NCBI RefSeq assembly: GCF_006345805.1
Contig: NC_043008.1
Coordinates: 24,056,001-24,120,000, forward strand
Direction of reading: 5' to 3'
Source of the DNA: Octopus sinensis
Taxonomy: Eukaryota
DNA: 64,000 nt
In this document: in pieces, positions 12,850 to 27,679 of the stretch
Layout: each line of letters begins with the position of its first letter
Position numbering within the stretch: position 1 is the stretch's first letter
Notes under the pieces: generated by a model
What the model was told of the DNA's origin: nothing
Database searches by the model: none
What the model saw: the letters and a program-made list of their open reading frames with translations, nothing else
Translations under genes and position numbers: made by a program

Positions 12850-14400
12850 CAGACTGAAAGGCTCGAAGAAGTAGTCGTAGATCCCCGCATTCAATAATTT
12901 CCAGTCTTAGAAAGAAACTGGGCAGCTGCAATGAAACCCAGTTCTACTAAATATGATATTTGAAAGATAATAAAGTAGATTTTGACATTGTTCCACAGTG
13001 CTGCGTAGCAGTCAGAAATGTCCTTTTGCAATCAAAAATCCTAATATGATTTTTTGAACTTTGACCACGATGCGATTTTAAGGTGGAATCATTTCTTCCT
13101 TCACAATATTTGCTTTCTCATTACTGATATCTGGGGCTCACCCAAAACATTATTTTAAGCAAATATAAATATACTGAAATCTGCTAGACATGTATCTATG
13201 CAGCACATCCAGGTATGAATAATACACCTGAATATCATCTTCTGGTATGCGCTTTTCCCATCTCCAATTCTGAGTGGCTCGGAAACTGGAAAAAATTTTG
13301 AATAAATATAACTTGCACAGAAACATGGAGACTGCTGATTTTAGCGTGATAAAGTTCAACCTCATTTCGTGGCAGTTTCAAATTAAATGCATTGAACTTT
13401 GCGAATATATCTGCAATGTCATGCTTAATGATTTTTAGTTCATCACAAAAAAAAAAATAATTAAAAATAATTAGAATCCGGCAAGAATTCAACAACTGTT
13501 TTAGAAAGGTTATAGAAACTTTCAGATAGTAAGGCGGCGAGCTGGCAGAAACGTTAGCACGCCGGGCGAAATGCGTAGTTGTATTTCGTCTGCCGCTATG
13601 TTCTGAGTTCAAATTCCGCAGAGGTCGAATTTGCCTTTCATCTTTTCGGGGTCGATAAAATAAGTACCAGTTAATCAACTTAATCCGTTTGTTTGTCCTT
13701 GTTTGTCCCCTCTGTGTGTAGCCCCTTGTGGGTAGTAAAGAAATAGGTATTTCGTCTGTCGTTACGTTCTGAGTTCAAATTCCGCCGAGGTCGACTTTGC
13801 CTTTCATCCTTTCGGAGTCGATAAATTAAGTACCAGTTACGCACTGGGGTCGACTTAATCCCTTTGTATGTCCTTGTTTGTCCCCTCTATGTTTAGCCCC
13901 TTGTGGGCAATAAAGAAATAAGAAACTCTCAGATAGTTTGCCTTTGACAGCTATTGAATTTCTGAGTGCAACAACAAATGTTCAAAAACTTTATCGATCT
14001 CAGTACAGAGCTGTTTAAACAGCAGGGAATTGAGAGCATGTGTTTTTGATTCTATTCATTGCTGTGATAACAGTGCTCAACAATTTGTTAAGTCTAAGAC
14101 TTAGATTATTTGCAACCAGATGTTGACTGTGCGTTGTAAACACGCTAGGTATAAATTGATGGGGCAGTGATGACAACCTACCACCGGTGTCTCATCTATT
14201 TCTCAGATACGAAATATTTTATGTCCTCTTTTGCATCTGTTTCTAGTTGTCCTACAAATAATAGCTCTTGAACCAAACGTTAATTTTTGACGAAACAAAT
14301 ATATTCAAGAATCAAACTTTATTGCTTGGCAAAAGAGTCACATCTAACTGTGAACTGAATTTGATTATTCTAAATATACTGCACAATATATCTTTAATGT
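12850..14400 (-). mobile_element. hAT (Charlie/Buster-like) transposase remnant, interrupted by a SINE
   Basis: Minus-strand fragments QLDVTLL; HLVANNLSLRL; LFKQLC...LLLHSEI; IKHDIADIFAKFNAFNL; DDIQVYYSYLDVLHRYMSSRFQ; SYLVELGF. Confidence 0.75.
13532..13920 (+). mobile_element. Deu/Nin-domain tRNA-SINE, dimeric
   Basis: Same family as 5724-6119. 17-bp TSD AGAAACT(T/C)TCAGATAGT at 13514-13530 and 13921-13937. Confidence 0.9.
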
Positions 14401-15350
14401 TATAGTATTCCACATTTTAAAACGCTTCTGATACATGTTTTTACGGAGGAAACACTTTGTTCACCTCATTTTAATTTTTACGGTTAAAATCCTCCACAAA
14501 AAAATGAAGAAATTCCGATTTATGCATGATAATTTTCCAGAACTTTTTCTATAAAAATACGCATTACAAGTATTTCAAAATGTGATGTGGAATACTACAA
14601 CATGACGAAAAGTTATAAGAAAGAAAAGAAAATATTGGTGGCAGATTTTTAAAACAAACACATGAAGTAAAAGTTTTATTTTAAAGTAAATGTGGTGTAC
14701 TTATAAAATGTGGGGAAATCTCGAAAAGACAAAACAAGAAATTTCGATTTATATAAAACAGCTATTCCGAAAATCCAGCTAATATATTTTATTTTTTAAT
14801 TCGTAATGATAGAGTTTCTAAGACAAATTTGAAAAAAAATTGTAGTAAACATAGAAAAACAAAAATATTGGACTGGTTACATGGTGAGCTTCGGTAACGT
14901 TGTGAGCTTCTTACAACATTCTACCTAAGATAACAGAAATATTATTATAGTAATCTATATTTATAACAACTGTTATTTTAACCAGTGTATGAGTCCATTG
15001 TGTCACGCTTATGCTGAAAACAACTGTACGAAGACAAATTCTAAACTTTATCCGATATTGAAAATTTTCAAAATATATAAAAATATATTATAAGATTATT
15101 GAAAAGCAACTTAAGTTATGATCACTAACATTAATATTACATTCATCAGAAATGCGTTAAAATAATTGTAGTGTTGTTTAATAAGAACGAACATCGAAAT
15201 ACCAATTATGGAAGATATGAAGAATTTCTTACGTTTGACCTAAAACTACAAACTGCAGGGAACAGTTGCCTGAAATAGATCGAAGTCAAAATTGTAGTTG
15301 TCACAAAAACCGATTTTAGTTAAAAGCAATCTCTCTTTCTTCTCTCTCCG

Positions 15351-15381
<31 letters not shown>

Positions 15382-15474
15382 GTATGTATATATATGTGTG
15401 TGTGTGAGTGTGTGCGCGCGCGTGTGTGTGTGTGCGTACGCGTGTATGTCTGTGTGTTTTTGTGTCTGTCTTTG

Positions 15475-15662
15475 TCCCCCATTACTGCTTGACAACAGTG
15501 TCGGTTCGTTTACGACCCTGTAATTTAGCAGTTCGGCTAAAGGGAGTAGTATAATAAGGGCTAGGTTTAAAGGAAAATTAGTCCTAGGGTCCATTTGTTC
15601 GACTAAAAACCTTCAATCTAGCATTATTGCAGTCAAATGACTGAAACATGTAAAAGAATAAA
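15475..15662 (+). mobile_element. 3' half of a CORE-like SINE (family of 25927)
   Basis: CTTGACAAC...GTTTACG..CC.GTAA..TAGCAGTTCGGC...GCAGTCAAATGACTGAAAC matches 26110-26280. Confidence 0.65.
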
Positions 15663-15734
<72 letters not shown>

Positions 15735-16237
15735 AAGTAGCTGCTGCAAGGTAAGGCTTTTGTCTCTTGGGTGCATTGAGGGTTGTTGTCTGTGGTAATA
15801 TTTTTTACAAACAAGGAGTCCTCACTGGATTCAGGACTTTAGTCTGCTTGCAGTTCAGCAATATTGTTCACATTAAGTGAAAAAAGTGTTGTCATTGTGA
15901 GAAGTATAGTTTGGAGGCGTTTCCTGCCACCAAAAGTTGATCACTTTTTGTGAATAGTGTGTGTTTTTACAACAACGTTTACCAATAATTGGAAAACTGT
16001 ATTTCAGGTGGAGCAGTCCAGGTTCTAATCGGAGTACCATAGAGCTTGGAGTACCTGAATACCCAGAAGTTTTTTTGCTGTGTTTTGTTGAACTGTTGTT
16101 TTCTTTTTTTATTCTTTAATTGTGACTCTCTTTATTGAAGTGTTTGCTTTTTTCTTCTTCCCTTTTGTTTCCTTTTGATTTGTCTCTTTTCTTTTTGAAA
16201 TTTGTTAATTATTGTTTTGGTCATTTTAATTTAAAAC

Positions 16238-16850
16238 ATGGCAAAAATTACGGATAAGATTGTAGAGTGGGAGATTGTCCCACCTAAGGAGTGGCTCAGA
16301 CAGCAAGAGGAGAGGACGGTGGTGTTGGGAACGTATTCGAAGGTTCTAGACAACATTGCCGTCTTCTCCAAGCAGCTGACTGAGTAGGAGTTGGTGGAAC
16401 ATCTGCCAATCATTAAGTATATCTCTAGGGGTGTCAAATATGCAACGGTCTAGTTGCTATTTGACAACCCAGAGGAGGCTCGCAGTTTTGCGAGCCAGCC
16501 CCTTGAGTGTAGAGAAATTTTGTTTCTTCCCACTTATTGTGGGAAAAAGTTGACGAGGTCTGTGGTTTGCCACCCGGAATTGAACCCGGGGTCTGGGTGG
16601 AAGCGGGGCCAAGCTCCTCAATGTGAAAATTCTTCCTGCGGCTGATTCGGTTGGGTCAAAAGCTGTTTTGACCCTGTGGATCTAATGAGCCATGAATCTG
16701 GTTATGCCAGATTTTTTGAAAATAGCCGGGTGCAGGTACCCGGTGATTCTTGAGGGTCGCCTCACCTCAGGTGTCATCGGTGCCTGGAGCCTGGCCATAT
16801 AAAGAAAACTGTCCTCAGGAACAAAACAAAGTCCTGGAGCAAATCCCCTC
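16238..16850 (+). pseudogene. L1/Tx1-type ORF1 (gag-like) remnant with CCHC knuckle
   Basis: MAKITDKIVEWE...YISRGVKYATV...FLPTYCGKK; RYPVILEGR then RCHRCLEPGHIKKxCP. Contains stops and frameshifts. Confidence 0.55.
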
Positions 16851-19800
16851 ACAAGACGTTGGTCGGCCCGAGGCTAAAGTAAACGACACTTGCCCAAGGT
16901 GCCATGCAGTGTGACTGAACCCGGAACCATGTGGTTGGTAAGCAAGCTACTTTATTTCATTATAACTGCCTTAAAAGTAGTACATAGAGTGTAGTTTTGC
17001 GGGCTGGACAAGAATATTAATGAAGTGAATGATAATGAAACGAAGATGATAAGGATGGGAGAAGATAAAAAACGCTCGCCGACTTTTGCTTCTCTAAAAC
17101 ATTGTTCTTCAGAAAAATACAAAATGAGGTATTATACCTCTTACAATAGTTTTTTACAATTTAAAACACATAATTGAGGCAATAAATTCTTACAACAGTT
17201 TTTACAATTTAAAACACATAGCTGAGGCAATTAGGTTCCTTCCTCCCCGACCAGGCTATACGCTTCCTTTGGGCATTGCTTCAGCTCCAGGTCGAGGCCC
17301 CAGAAGGCATACCCAAACATGTCCTTCGAGAAGGTGTCCGTCGCCCTGGCCATATCGACATCCAATATGACCTTCGTAGTCACCTGCGATGGCCAATCCT
17401 CGTCCCCTGTCCAGCGCATGGGCTCCTCCCTCTGGTCATCCAACTTCTCTATGTAACCCTGTATTGCCCCTTCCTTCTGGAAGAAGATGACAAAGTCATA
17501 TCTCCTGGAAGGGGTCTCAGTTTCCTCTGTCGGTGGCACACCAACAATGTTTCCGGGCATGTCGACAGTTCACCATCAACCGCCGGCGATATTCCATTCT
17601 TTTTCTTTCTCCTTTTTCTTCTCCTTTACGACGGCAAGGTGGAGTTCCTCCTTCATGTCCTTCATGTCCCGCCACCTCAGGATCCATCGGTGGGCAACCA
17701 TTGTTGCCCACCTTCTTTCTTTTTTCCTTTCTTTTTCGAGGGGGTAACCATCCCTATAAGAGGTTTTGATACTCAAATTGAATTTCGCCCTAGTGATTTC
17801 TACTCAAAATACTCCGCTGAATGTGAATTGAAACAATTGTAAGCAATATTAATTAATTAATTAACTAATTTCATCCACTAAATCTCTCCCTGTTCTTGCT
17901 TAATGATAGTTGTTGTTTGTTCCTCTGCCATCGCTTGACAACCATTGTTGTCTCCGTAGTTTCAGCAAAAGAAACCGATAGAGTAAGTACTAAGATAACA
18001 AGGAGTAAGTCCTGGGGTTTGACAAGAGCTACAATTTTACGTAGCACTGGCAAGATTTTCCCGTTTATATTCTATTCAGTTTGTCATGGCTGCTGTTCTT
18101 GTCATTATTGTTGTTTTCAGCATCATCTCTTTCGTCTTTTTCTGGAATTTGGGGTATTTTATAGCCAGCTTCATCAGTAAACTTTTCTGGTTTGTTTTTA
18201 TCTATTTTTTCTTAGTTCTTGTTTTGAGAAGAAAGCTAGCTTCAATAAACTTTCTACAGGCCAATTTTTAAGCACTGTTTACTAAACCTGAGAGTGCACC
18301 ATTGAAATATAAAAGGGAGCATTGCCATCCAGCTCTTCCTTTCTTTTGCCGCCCAATTTTCTTCTATGCCGGATCTCTCTTTTACCCCAAGGAGCGACAC
18401 TGCCCACTTTGGGAACTATTGGGGTAGAATGAAGCATTCATGTTTACAGAGTTGTGTAGTATACTTGTAATGATACTGTCAAATCTTGCATTGTATTGCT
18501 CTTTAATCTTTCTTTCTTCGTCTCAACTGTTTGTTGTTCCATGTCCAGTAGACCTGAACATAATGATATACCAATATGTGTTTTCAAAATGATCATACTA
18601 GAACTGCTGGGGAAAGGCGTTACGTCCCTTGGGCTTTATGCGTGCTATGCAACAGCTGAGTGAAGTAAAGCCGTCGTTGGCTATTTTTCAAGTAGATAAG
18701 AAGCTTTGAATATTGGTGTATCTTCATGCACGGAAAAAACGAAAACAAGGCCTGACTGCGACGGTTGTATCATCCTAACTGGAATTAAGTAACTTTATTG
18801 CACTACTTGGGAACAGTTTGATTATTTGATGTCTTCCATGCAAAGTGAATTACTGCTAAAGGTACGACAGAGACCGTGAACCAACGAAGTGAAGTTACAT
18901 TCTGTTCACCACATGGTACAGATATCATGTACTTCGCTACCAAATCATGAAAACCAGCTGTGTATAAATGTTTTTATCAACAAACGTAGAAGCGCCAAGT
19001 GATTTACTTCCTTTGTGTTTGAATTATATTAATTGAGTGACGAGCAGAGACAATTTGTTGATTATTACCATGTATTGTGGTTGTTTTCTATCTTTAAAAT
19101 GACAAATTCACTTAAGCTCGCATGGGCCATAAAATTTTCCTAAATGTTAGATCTGAAATCTTGTAGAAGTTGCTGCTGCTTCAGTTTGAAAACTCTTGCG
19201 GTTATATCAGGACGATCTACGGTGCTTTCATTTATATTGATTTCTCTAGTAATTTCTTTCCGGTCTGGATTGAATTTAATGTTAATCTTCTAAATTCCTC
19301 AACGATAGTCTTTGCATCTTTGTAGTATTTTGCCATGTCTTAGTACTATCTGTAAACAGTTTTGAGAGAATGTACCGTCTTCCAGTCCAATTATCGTTGC
19401 CTGAAGTAACTGCATCTGTTAGACCTTAACACAGGTCAGCACGTAGAGTCTGCTGTTTGTTGATTGTTTCGATTATGCTACAATCAGACAAACTGAAGTT
19501 TGGTACATTGATATGCAGAAAAGTATTGAAAGACTGTATTGTGAGACGATATATTATCGGGTTCAACTTTCTTTATCATCAGAAGAGAATAAATTTAAAG
19601 ATATATCAATGCTTCTTTGATTTAAATGCCATCAATCAAAGTCATTATGAATTTTTAAAATGCATGGATACATTATGGTATCACAGACTAGATGAAAGTT
19701 GATAAATAGTTGAAGATTAGGCGAGTTGTTCTCAGCTGAGAACTTACCAATCCTTTACTAGTTTGATGAGTTTTCTCGTCATTACCTCATTGCATGTAGG

Positions 19801-21985
19801 CAGAATATACATTCTGGAGAGTCTGTCATCAAGTTTTTGTATATAATCCAATAGAAATATTTTCTGGTATTGTATCCGCATGAATGTTTTTGAACATATT
19901 AATGCTGGTACAAAAAAGTGTTAACCGAAACTACAGTAGAATAAAGCGTACAAAAGATAATAGCATCGAAATTTGTTCTTCCACTATCCGCAGCCATTCT
20001 TTACATACGAAGGTTTGCAAACTGGATGTCGCACCAGTAGCAGAATTTCTAGTTGCTTCAAAAAATCTGTAAACAACTCAGTGAATTCAGTTCATGGAAA
20101 GGCTTCGAGAAACTGTAAGAGCGTTTGCTTTCGTGTCACATATGACCAAAGTATTTCTGGATTTTGAATGTTTCTTCTAACATATTTTATTTGTTAAATC
20201 TGATACTTATTGAATAGAGATTAGACCAGATTTAAAGCACGCATCAAAATCAAAATAGGCCAATATTTATCCAGTATGCTTTGTTCATGAACATTAGCGT
20301 GTGGCAATGACGATACCGTACGTTCATTAAACTACAGGTATTGACAGTTACTTTCTAGAAATGTGTCAATGGCATGCTGTCTTCTAACATACTGCACCCT
20401 TTCTTGTTTCCTTTGATGATTAATCCTGTTCTGAAATATTAGTTTTTGTCTTTGTTCTTGAAAATATCGCTGTATGCTTGACGACGATGCACAAAATTTT
20501 ATTCTAAAATTTATTCTCGCTAGATCGGAAAGTTTTACCTGTGTTGCTCTGACTTTTTTCCTTTCTGAGTTCAAATCCTACCAGGGCCTACTTGAGTGAT
20601 AGACTTAACACTATTACCTCACATTTTGGGTGTCATGAGGTGGTGTTATGCACAGTGCTTTCGCTCATGACTAACAGATAAAAAACAGATATTGAAAATA
20701 ATCTTGTTCTCAGCATGTGACGAACGAACAGAGAAATACGACTCTTACAATATACAGAGAGATTCCCTTGAAACTTCTTGAGTTATTTTTTTCTATGGTG
20801 TTGTACGATAACTTCTTCCTAAAATGCTACAATATGTTGCTAAAATACATTTTGCTTGCCTTGATTGTATTTGACAATCAATTTCATGCACTGTTCGAGA
20901 AAACAGTCATCAGCAACAATCGAGCGACAACAATAGGAAGTCATTTTATATTACATTATCTTTGTATGCATATTCGTTTGCTACGCCGTATTTATATAGG
21001 GTCATTATTTTTATAGTAGGTGTGAGAAGACTATAAGGATGTAGGTTTAGAAATCAATATTCATTTAGGTATGTCTTGTCTTGGGTGTAATTATTTATCT
21101 AGATGTCAAAATAAACATGAGGACGTCTAAAAATTTACCTGTCATGGACTAGCAGCTTCTCCTGGAAAAATTGCCTCTCACTTGCTTAACATCATAACAT
21201 AACTGACAGTTACATTATTTCTCAGCAATATTATACTTTTTTCCAACACAGCAGCAAAATATGTAACATTAATACCATATTAACATCAAAATATAATTAA
21301 CTTTTTTTAAGCCAAACTGGAGCCTATTTGTACAATTTTCCCAGGCTATTTTTCGAACATAGAGTCGGAGAATGAAATTCATAAGATGGATTTACTCTCT
21401 TCATAAAGATAAGCAATTACAGTGCTAACAATAGAAAGTATATAGAATACTCCAGTTATGATATAGCTGAATTCTATTCCCGATACAGTATCATGTATCC
21501 CTAGATTATCTACATAGCTATGGTCTCTAACAACTAGAATCATACCTAGAAGCAATATAAAAGAGGAAAGACAAAATGCAAGCGATTATAATCCCTAGTT
21601 TGCTGCAAAATATGACGATTTATGGTCTGATAAATATTTGCAATACATTATTTCAATAAAATTATAAAGCAAAATATAAAAGCACCGAAATATTAGATGA
21701 AGAATGTAGACTTCACGATAATTCGACTGTAATTCATTTTTCTGATAAAGAAGTACACATATACATCTACGTACACACACAAACACAAATATAACCTATG
21801 CACACATACATATCCATGTAAACACAAAAAAATAATATACAGTTATGCATATGCCTGAATATGTAAATGCACACAAGTGCTCGCCCACCTATTCTCAAAT
21901 ACACATACACCTACTTACACGTGCTAGCACGAACATTTACATACATTAATGGGCAAACTTATATTTATATGTGCATGACTGTACT

Positions 21986-22090
<105 letters not shown>

Positions 22091-25000
22091 GTGTGTATAC
22101 ATCATTTATATAAGAAGACATGTGTATATGTACGCATATATGTGTATGTATGTGTACTTACGAATACAAACACAGACCTCGACTTACATAAGTGCACAAG
22201 AAAACAAACAGATATTCACATAATTACTAACTTGTGGACATTTATGAGTAGACACAAACAACTCAAAGACAACATACATACGCACATACTCTTTTTGATG
22301 TTAACATAAAAATATGTTTTCACCTATGCTTTCTAAAGAGAAGGAAAAAATCACTAAAACTAGCAATTTTGCCGCAAAATCCATCTTTTGATACGGTATC
22401 TGTCTTTGAAACTAATAGACTAGCTTATCTAATGAGACCAATTTTATAAAAGACCACCTAATAAAAGGCTGTGTGTTCAAGGATTCCGTCACAAAAACAT
22501 ATAAAATGCTAGATTATAAAAGTCTGTCAATATAAATGGTAGTGATTTAAAGGATGTAAATACATTTTATTTATGTATTTGCTTTTGTTCATTCATTATA
22601 TTTTTTTTAAATGCTCTTATTTCGGTAAGAGGGTATTATTAAAGGGATAAATGTGGATGTGGTTATTCTTTTCCTTTCTGTATAGAGTAACATGTAGTGT
22701 ATTATTATATATAACATTTATTGAAATTTCTGTAATATAAAGATAATAGTTTCGTGATTCATGGTTTATGTATCGAGCACATACGCACACACAATCACAG
22801 ACATTTACATCCATCCATCCGTCCATCCCCCCATTCATACATATATACATACATATATACATACATACATACATGTGCATTTAGCGATTAGCTTTATTAT
22901 ACCGATATGCCGAATAAACAAATATATAAATACCTTGGTGAGGTTTCAGATATATCACAAATGGCTACTGCATATCTCTATTCTAACTAAAATTCACGTT
23001 GTCAATATTTAGCATTATGTGATGATAAGAGCAAATATTATTTCATTGGCATCTGCTACAATCATGTACTGAATATCACATTTTGTTATATTCTTGGCAA
23101 CCCATTAACTTGAACGGAGGTCTACAAATTGATTTTGCCCAAACACCGAATAAGTTAGTGCCAACTGTCATACCTATATCTAGATAGTATCGATAAACAG
23201 TACATCTGCTAAAGGAGACCAGCAGACTAACCATGAAACCTCGACCCATCTACAATTTTTGCTGGCAACCTACATACCGCTATAAAAAGTAGAGAACAGT
23301 TTAACGATTATACCTTCGACTGGTACAACTGCAGCCCAGCTTACATACGAACTCATCAGACAGGCTTCTCAAAACCGTCAGTTTCTATCAACGGGGTAAA
23401 GCACATTTGCATGTACGCATAGTTTCCTCCCACACGGTACAGACATGCGTACATATCATACGCATACGCCCACATATATACATATATCTCTATATACATA
23501 TCTGCTTTCATATGTATAAACACACGCACACGCGCGCGCACAACAAACTTGCAGAATAAAGCATTCATCTCGTATCTCGGTAACATTAATTCATCAAGTT
23601 TATTTGAGTTTATTCATCTTTTCTGTGTATTATTTGTCAAACGGTAGCCTCATATCATATGCACTATTTATAACTGTGGATATAGCTTATTACAGTTACA
23701 TTGATTTATCGACTTTATCGACCAGTAGGGAATTCAAATAAAACCATTGTTAAAGATTATCTTTAAAATTGTCAACATACACAACAGTAGAGTGAGTGCT
23801 AACTTAATGTTGCAAGCAAAAGAATTTCACTTACGGTAGAAAAAATATTGGTTCCTTCTCTAATGCTGATAACTTTCGGTCAAGCTCAACGAGCCACAAA
23901 TTTGGAATTCCTTATTAATATTGGAATCACCCTTGTAGTTGAGGAAATGAAAACATTAGATACTGGATTATTATCATTTTAAAATGAACTTTCGCAGTTA
24001 CGATGGCAATTTGGAGTAAGTTTCGGTTAAACCTATTGCTTGCTAGAACTTGCGATATAGGATTAGTATAATAGACGTACAAGAAATGTACATGAACTAG
24101 TATAATAATAAAATAACTGTAGGAATTTATTTTAAATCATCTGCACGAAGCACTGCTGACTGAATGCTGAGCCACTTAATCTGGACTTGGCAAACAGTGG
24201 TTGAAATCTACGCTTCATAGAGTCGACTTCAGGACGCAACATGTCTGCACTTGACACCGTATTTGCCAAATTTTAGATTTAACCAATATTAAACCCACTC
24301 CTAGCAAATACTTTCTTGTTTTCACTGTTTGTGTAATTTTAATGTTAATGAATTAAAATTTCAATCTTATCGCCTCTTTACTAGGTGAGGTTAATAATAA
24401 TCAGTATGGCTATGTTTACTTCCCCTCCTAGCAACAGTAATTTCAATTAATTTAATGTACTTTTGTTTTTGCTCATGTTATCTTATCAATGATTATTTCC
24501 TGTAGTTGATAATTTTCCTTACTGATTATACTAAATTCTCAAAATAGCTCATGTATATTTTTTCTATAACCATAAGAATACTTCACATCCACTCAGTCTA
24601 GAAAGTACTACAAATCTTACACATAATATAACATTTTATTGATTATTTCTTTTTATACATGTCCAGCGATGCCACGAGCCATTAGATTAAATAAATATAT
24701 GTATTTGGGTTTATATTTCCATCTTCTCATAGCATACGTAATTCTGTGTTTAATTAGTCAAATTTTGGGTGCATTAAGTACGTTAGCACTCGTTCAATCA
24801 TTATGCAATAATCATTACATAGAATTATAATAACTGCTAACTTCTGCTATGGTTAATGTAAGTTATGGTCTTCTAGTCAAGGAGATCTCAAAAGTCCTAT
24901 ATGTGCAATTTTTATCCTTACCTATACTTTATTAATGAGAAGATAAGGTAGAGTTTGCACCTACAAAATTACTTTTTCTTTATCAAGTGTTGGAAAATAT

Positions 25001-25662
25001 TAAAAACGTTTGAGACCATCTTAATTTTAGTAAATGTGGCAAAATGTTTAACTCTTTTCTTTCCTCACAGGCCCCCATATGAGAAACACTGCATTAATGG
25101 GCAATGATTGATTATTTGCACTATATAATGTCAATCATTACATCTTAAGTGTTAGTTTCCTCCTAAATTGGTTTGTCAAGGTGAGTTTGCCATGACGATA
25201 CTCCTACGACTCAGTCAGGAGATGAGGATTCAAGAAAGCAAGAGCTCTAGACCTTGGAATGAAAGAGGTATTTCTAATAAGAATTTGTGTCGGCGATGTA
25301 ATCTGAATTGTAGCGCTTGCTATAAATGTTGTTATATCTCATATTTCTGCTGGGAAATGCGATAAAGTGTTTCATACGGTATATTTTGAGAAAATTAGTC
25401 TTCTAAAAATGATTTTTCTTTCGCTACATTATCTTTTGGGATTTGAAATAATTAGAAAATTGGTGTTCGTGTGTTCATGTGCGAAATATGTATTCTGGAT
25501 AAATTTGTACTGGGTGTGTAATAAAGTGAATATTTTTTCTTTTTATGTGTTGTAGTTACGAGGAAAGGAATCTTTATCTTTCAGTATATGTTTATATACA
25601 TACTTGTACAATAATTATAGTATTCTAAGTGAACAAATCCGAAAAGAACAACACACGCACGC

Positions 25663-25731
<69 letters not shown>

Positions 25732-25926
25732 TATATTTAAAGAAATAATTAATAAAACAAGCGTTATATTGTGTGCTAAACGGTCTTTTTTTTTGTTTTT
25801 CTCTAACAAAGCGTAACTGAAAATGTATGTCAATGCAGGTCAGAAATACCAAGCTACTAATTGAAAGACGAAATTGATTTATGTATGTACATGCACGCAC
25901 ACACGCATACACACACCCACACACAG

Positions 25927-26285
25927 AGGCGTGGCTGTGTGGTAATAATTTTGCTTACCAACCACATGGTTCCAGGTTCAGTCCCAATGTGTGGCACCTT
26001 GGGCAAGTGTCATCTACTATAGCCTCAAGCTGACCAAAGCCTTATGAGTGGATTTGGTAGACGGAAATTGAAATGTATATGTGTGTGTGTGTGTGTTTAT
26101 CCCCCAACATCTCTTGACAACCGATATTGGTGTGTTTACGTCCCCGTAACTTATCGGTTCGGCAAAAGAGACCGACAGAATAAGTACTAGGCTTACAAAG
26201 AATAAGTCCTGGGGTCGATTTGTTCTACTAAAGGCAGTGCTTCAGCATGGTCGCAGTCAAGATAACGGAAACAAATAAAAAAAGA
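25927..26285 (+). mobile_element. tRNA-derived CORE-like SINE
   Basis: A box TGGCTGTGTGG, B box GGTTCAGTCCC, CORE-like GGCACCTTGGGCAAGTG, LINE-like tail GTGCTTCAGCATGGTCGCAGTC, A-rich end. Confidence 0.85.
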
Positions 26286-27290
26286 AAAGATAATGTCTAC
26301 AAATGTAGCAAAAAATTAGTTTAAAACTATTTTCATTTATAAGTTACTGTTCCTCTTGTTTTGTTGCTATGGTACAATCATCCGTATAAAGATCATAAAC
26401 AACAATCCCTTATGCAATCATGTGACATGCTAGAAACAGTAGCTTATTTTCTCCAAATCCCACTCTGTAGTCTTTTTAAGAGCACATAGTCTGAGATATT
26501 CTGTCTCTGAATAAAATACTGGATAGTCAAGGCTAGAGTACCGTTCACTATAATTCTGATTGGTGATAGCTGAGATGCAGCTAAATAGCATCAACTAAAA
26601 TAAAGTTATAACTACTTCTGTTAAGACAGCAATCTAAAACCGTACATAAATCCCAGGTGTGCAGAAATAGCCTGCAGAATTAGTATAAGAATAACATATC
26701 TCACTGCATGCCAGAATCTTAAATAGCGAAACAACAAAGCAGTGGATCAACTCTGGTCAATCAACGTGTCATAAATCTCATGATGAGATTCGCATGACAA
26801 CAACACTCCGCTACGAACTTAACTATTCCTTTTTAGTGAATTTTTATCAAATAGTCTTATATGTTATTTTCCTACTTTACAGTTTGTTCAACATGTTAGT
26901 TCCGTGAAATTTAGTAAAATAAATTTTGTAGTGTTTGTGAGTTGTGTGAAGAATTTATTTTCTGAGTTGTACGTGACTGGGCGTGTATTTCGGGACAGTT
27001 TTTAGACTTGTGAGTATTGTAAAACCTTGATATTTTTACCTATTACTCCATATTATAATTTTATGTCTTGAATTTTATAATGCTAATTCACATCTCGCTT
27101 TTAAGAATTATCTGTTGACGTAATTGCATCAGTAAATTTACTCGGAACTTACAAGAACGGAGCAACCAGAAATGATCCTTATTGTACTGATAGCATAGTC
27201 TACACGCTGAATTTTGAATTTTATTTCCAAAATAGAAAGAAATACAGATTTTATGTAATACAATACAATACATTCATATCTAAGGAACGT

Positions 27291-27679
27291 GGAGGCGCAA
27301 TGGCCCAGTGGTTAGGGCAGCGGACTCGCGGTCATAGGATCGCGGTTTCGATTCCCAGACCGGGCGTTGTGAGTGTTTATTGAGCGAAAACACCTAAAGC
27401 TCCACGAGGCTCCGGCAGGTGATGGTGGTGATCCCTGCTGTACTCTTTCACCACAACTTTCTCTCACTCTTACTTCCTGTTTCTGTTGTACCTGTATTTC
27501 AAAGGGCCGGCCTTGTCACTCTCTGTGTCACGCTGAATATCCCCGAGAACTACGTTAAGGGTACACGTGTCTGTGGAGTGCTCAGCCACTTAGACGTTAA
27601 TTTTACGAGCAGGCTGTTCCGTTGATTCGGATCAACCGGAACATTCATCGTCGTAACCGACGGAGTGCTTCCATCCATC
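27291..27679 (+). mobile_element. Young tRNA-derived SINE with 11-bp TSD
   Basis: A box TGGCCCAGTGG, B box GGTTTCGATTCC, CpG-rich body. TSD ATCTAAGGAAC at 27278-27288 and 27680-27690. Confidence 0.9.

Noticed and set aside
18450-20570. Coding-like decayed sequence on the minus strand
   Set aside because: Probably an old DNA transposon, but I could not recognise diagnostic motifs.
27293-27366. Possible tRNA gene
   Set aside because: It is a SINE head: imperfect cloverleaf, continues into a SINE body and is flanked by a TSD.
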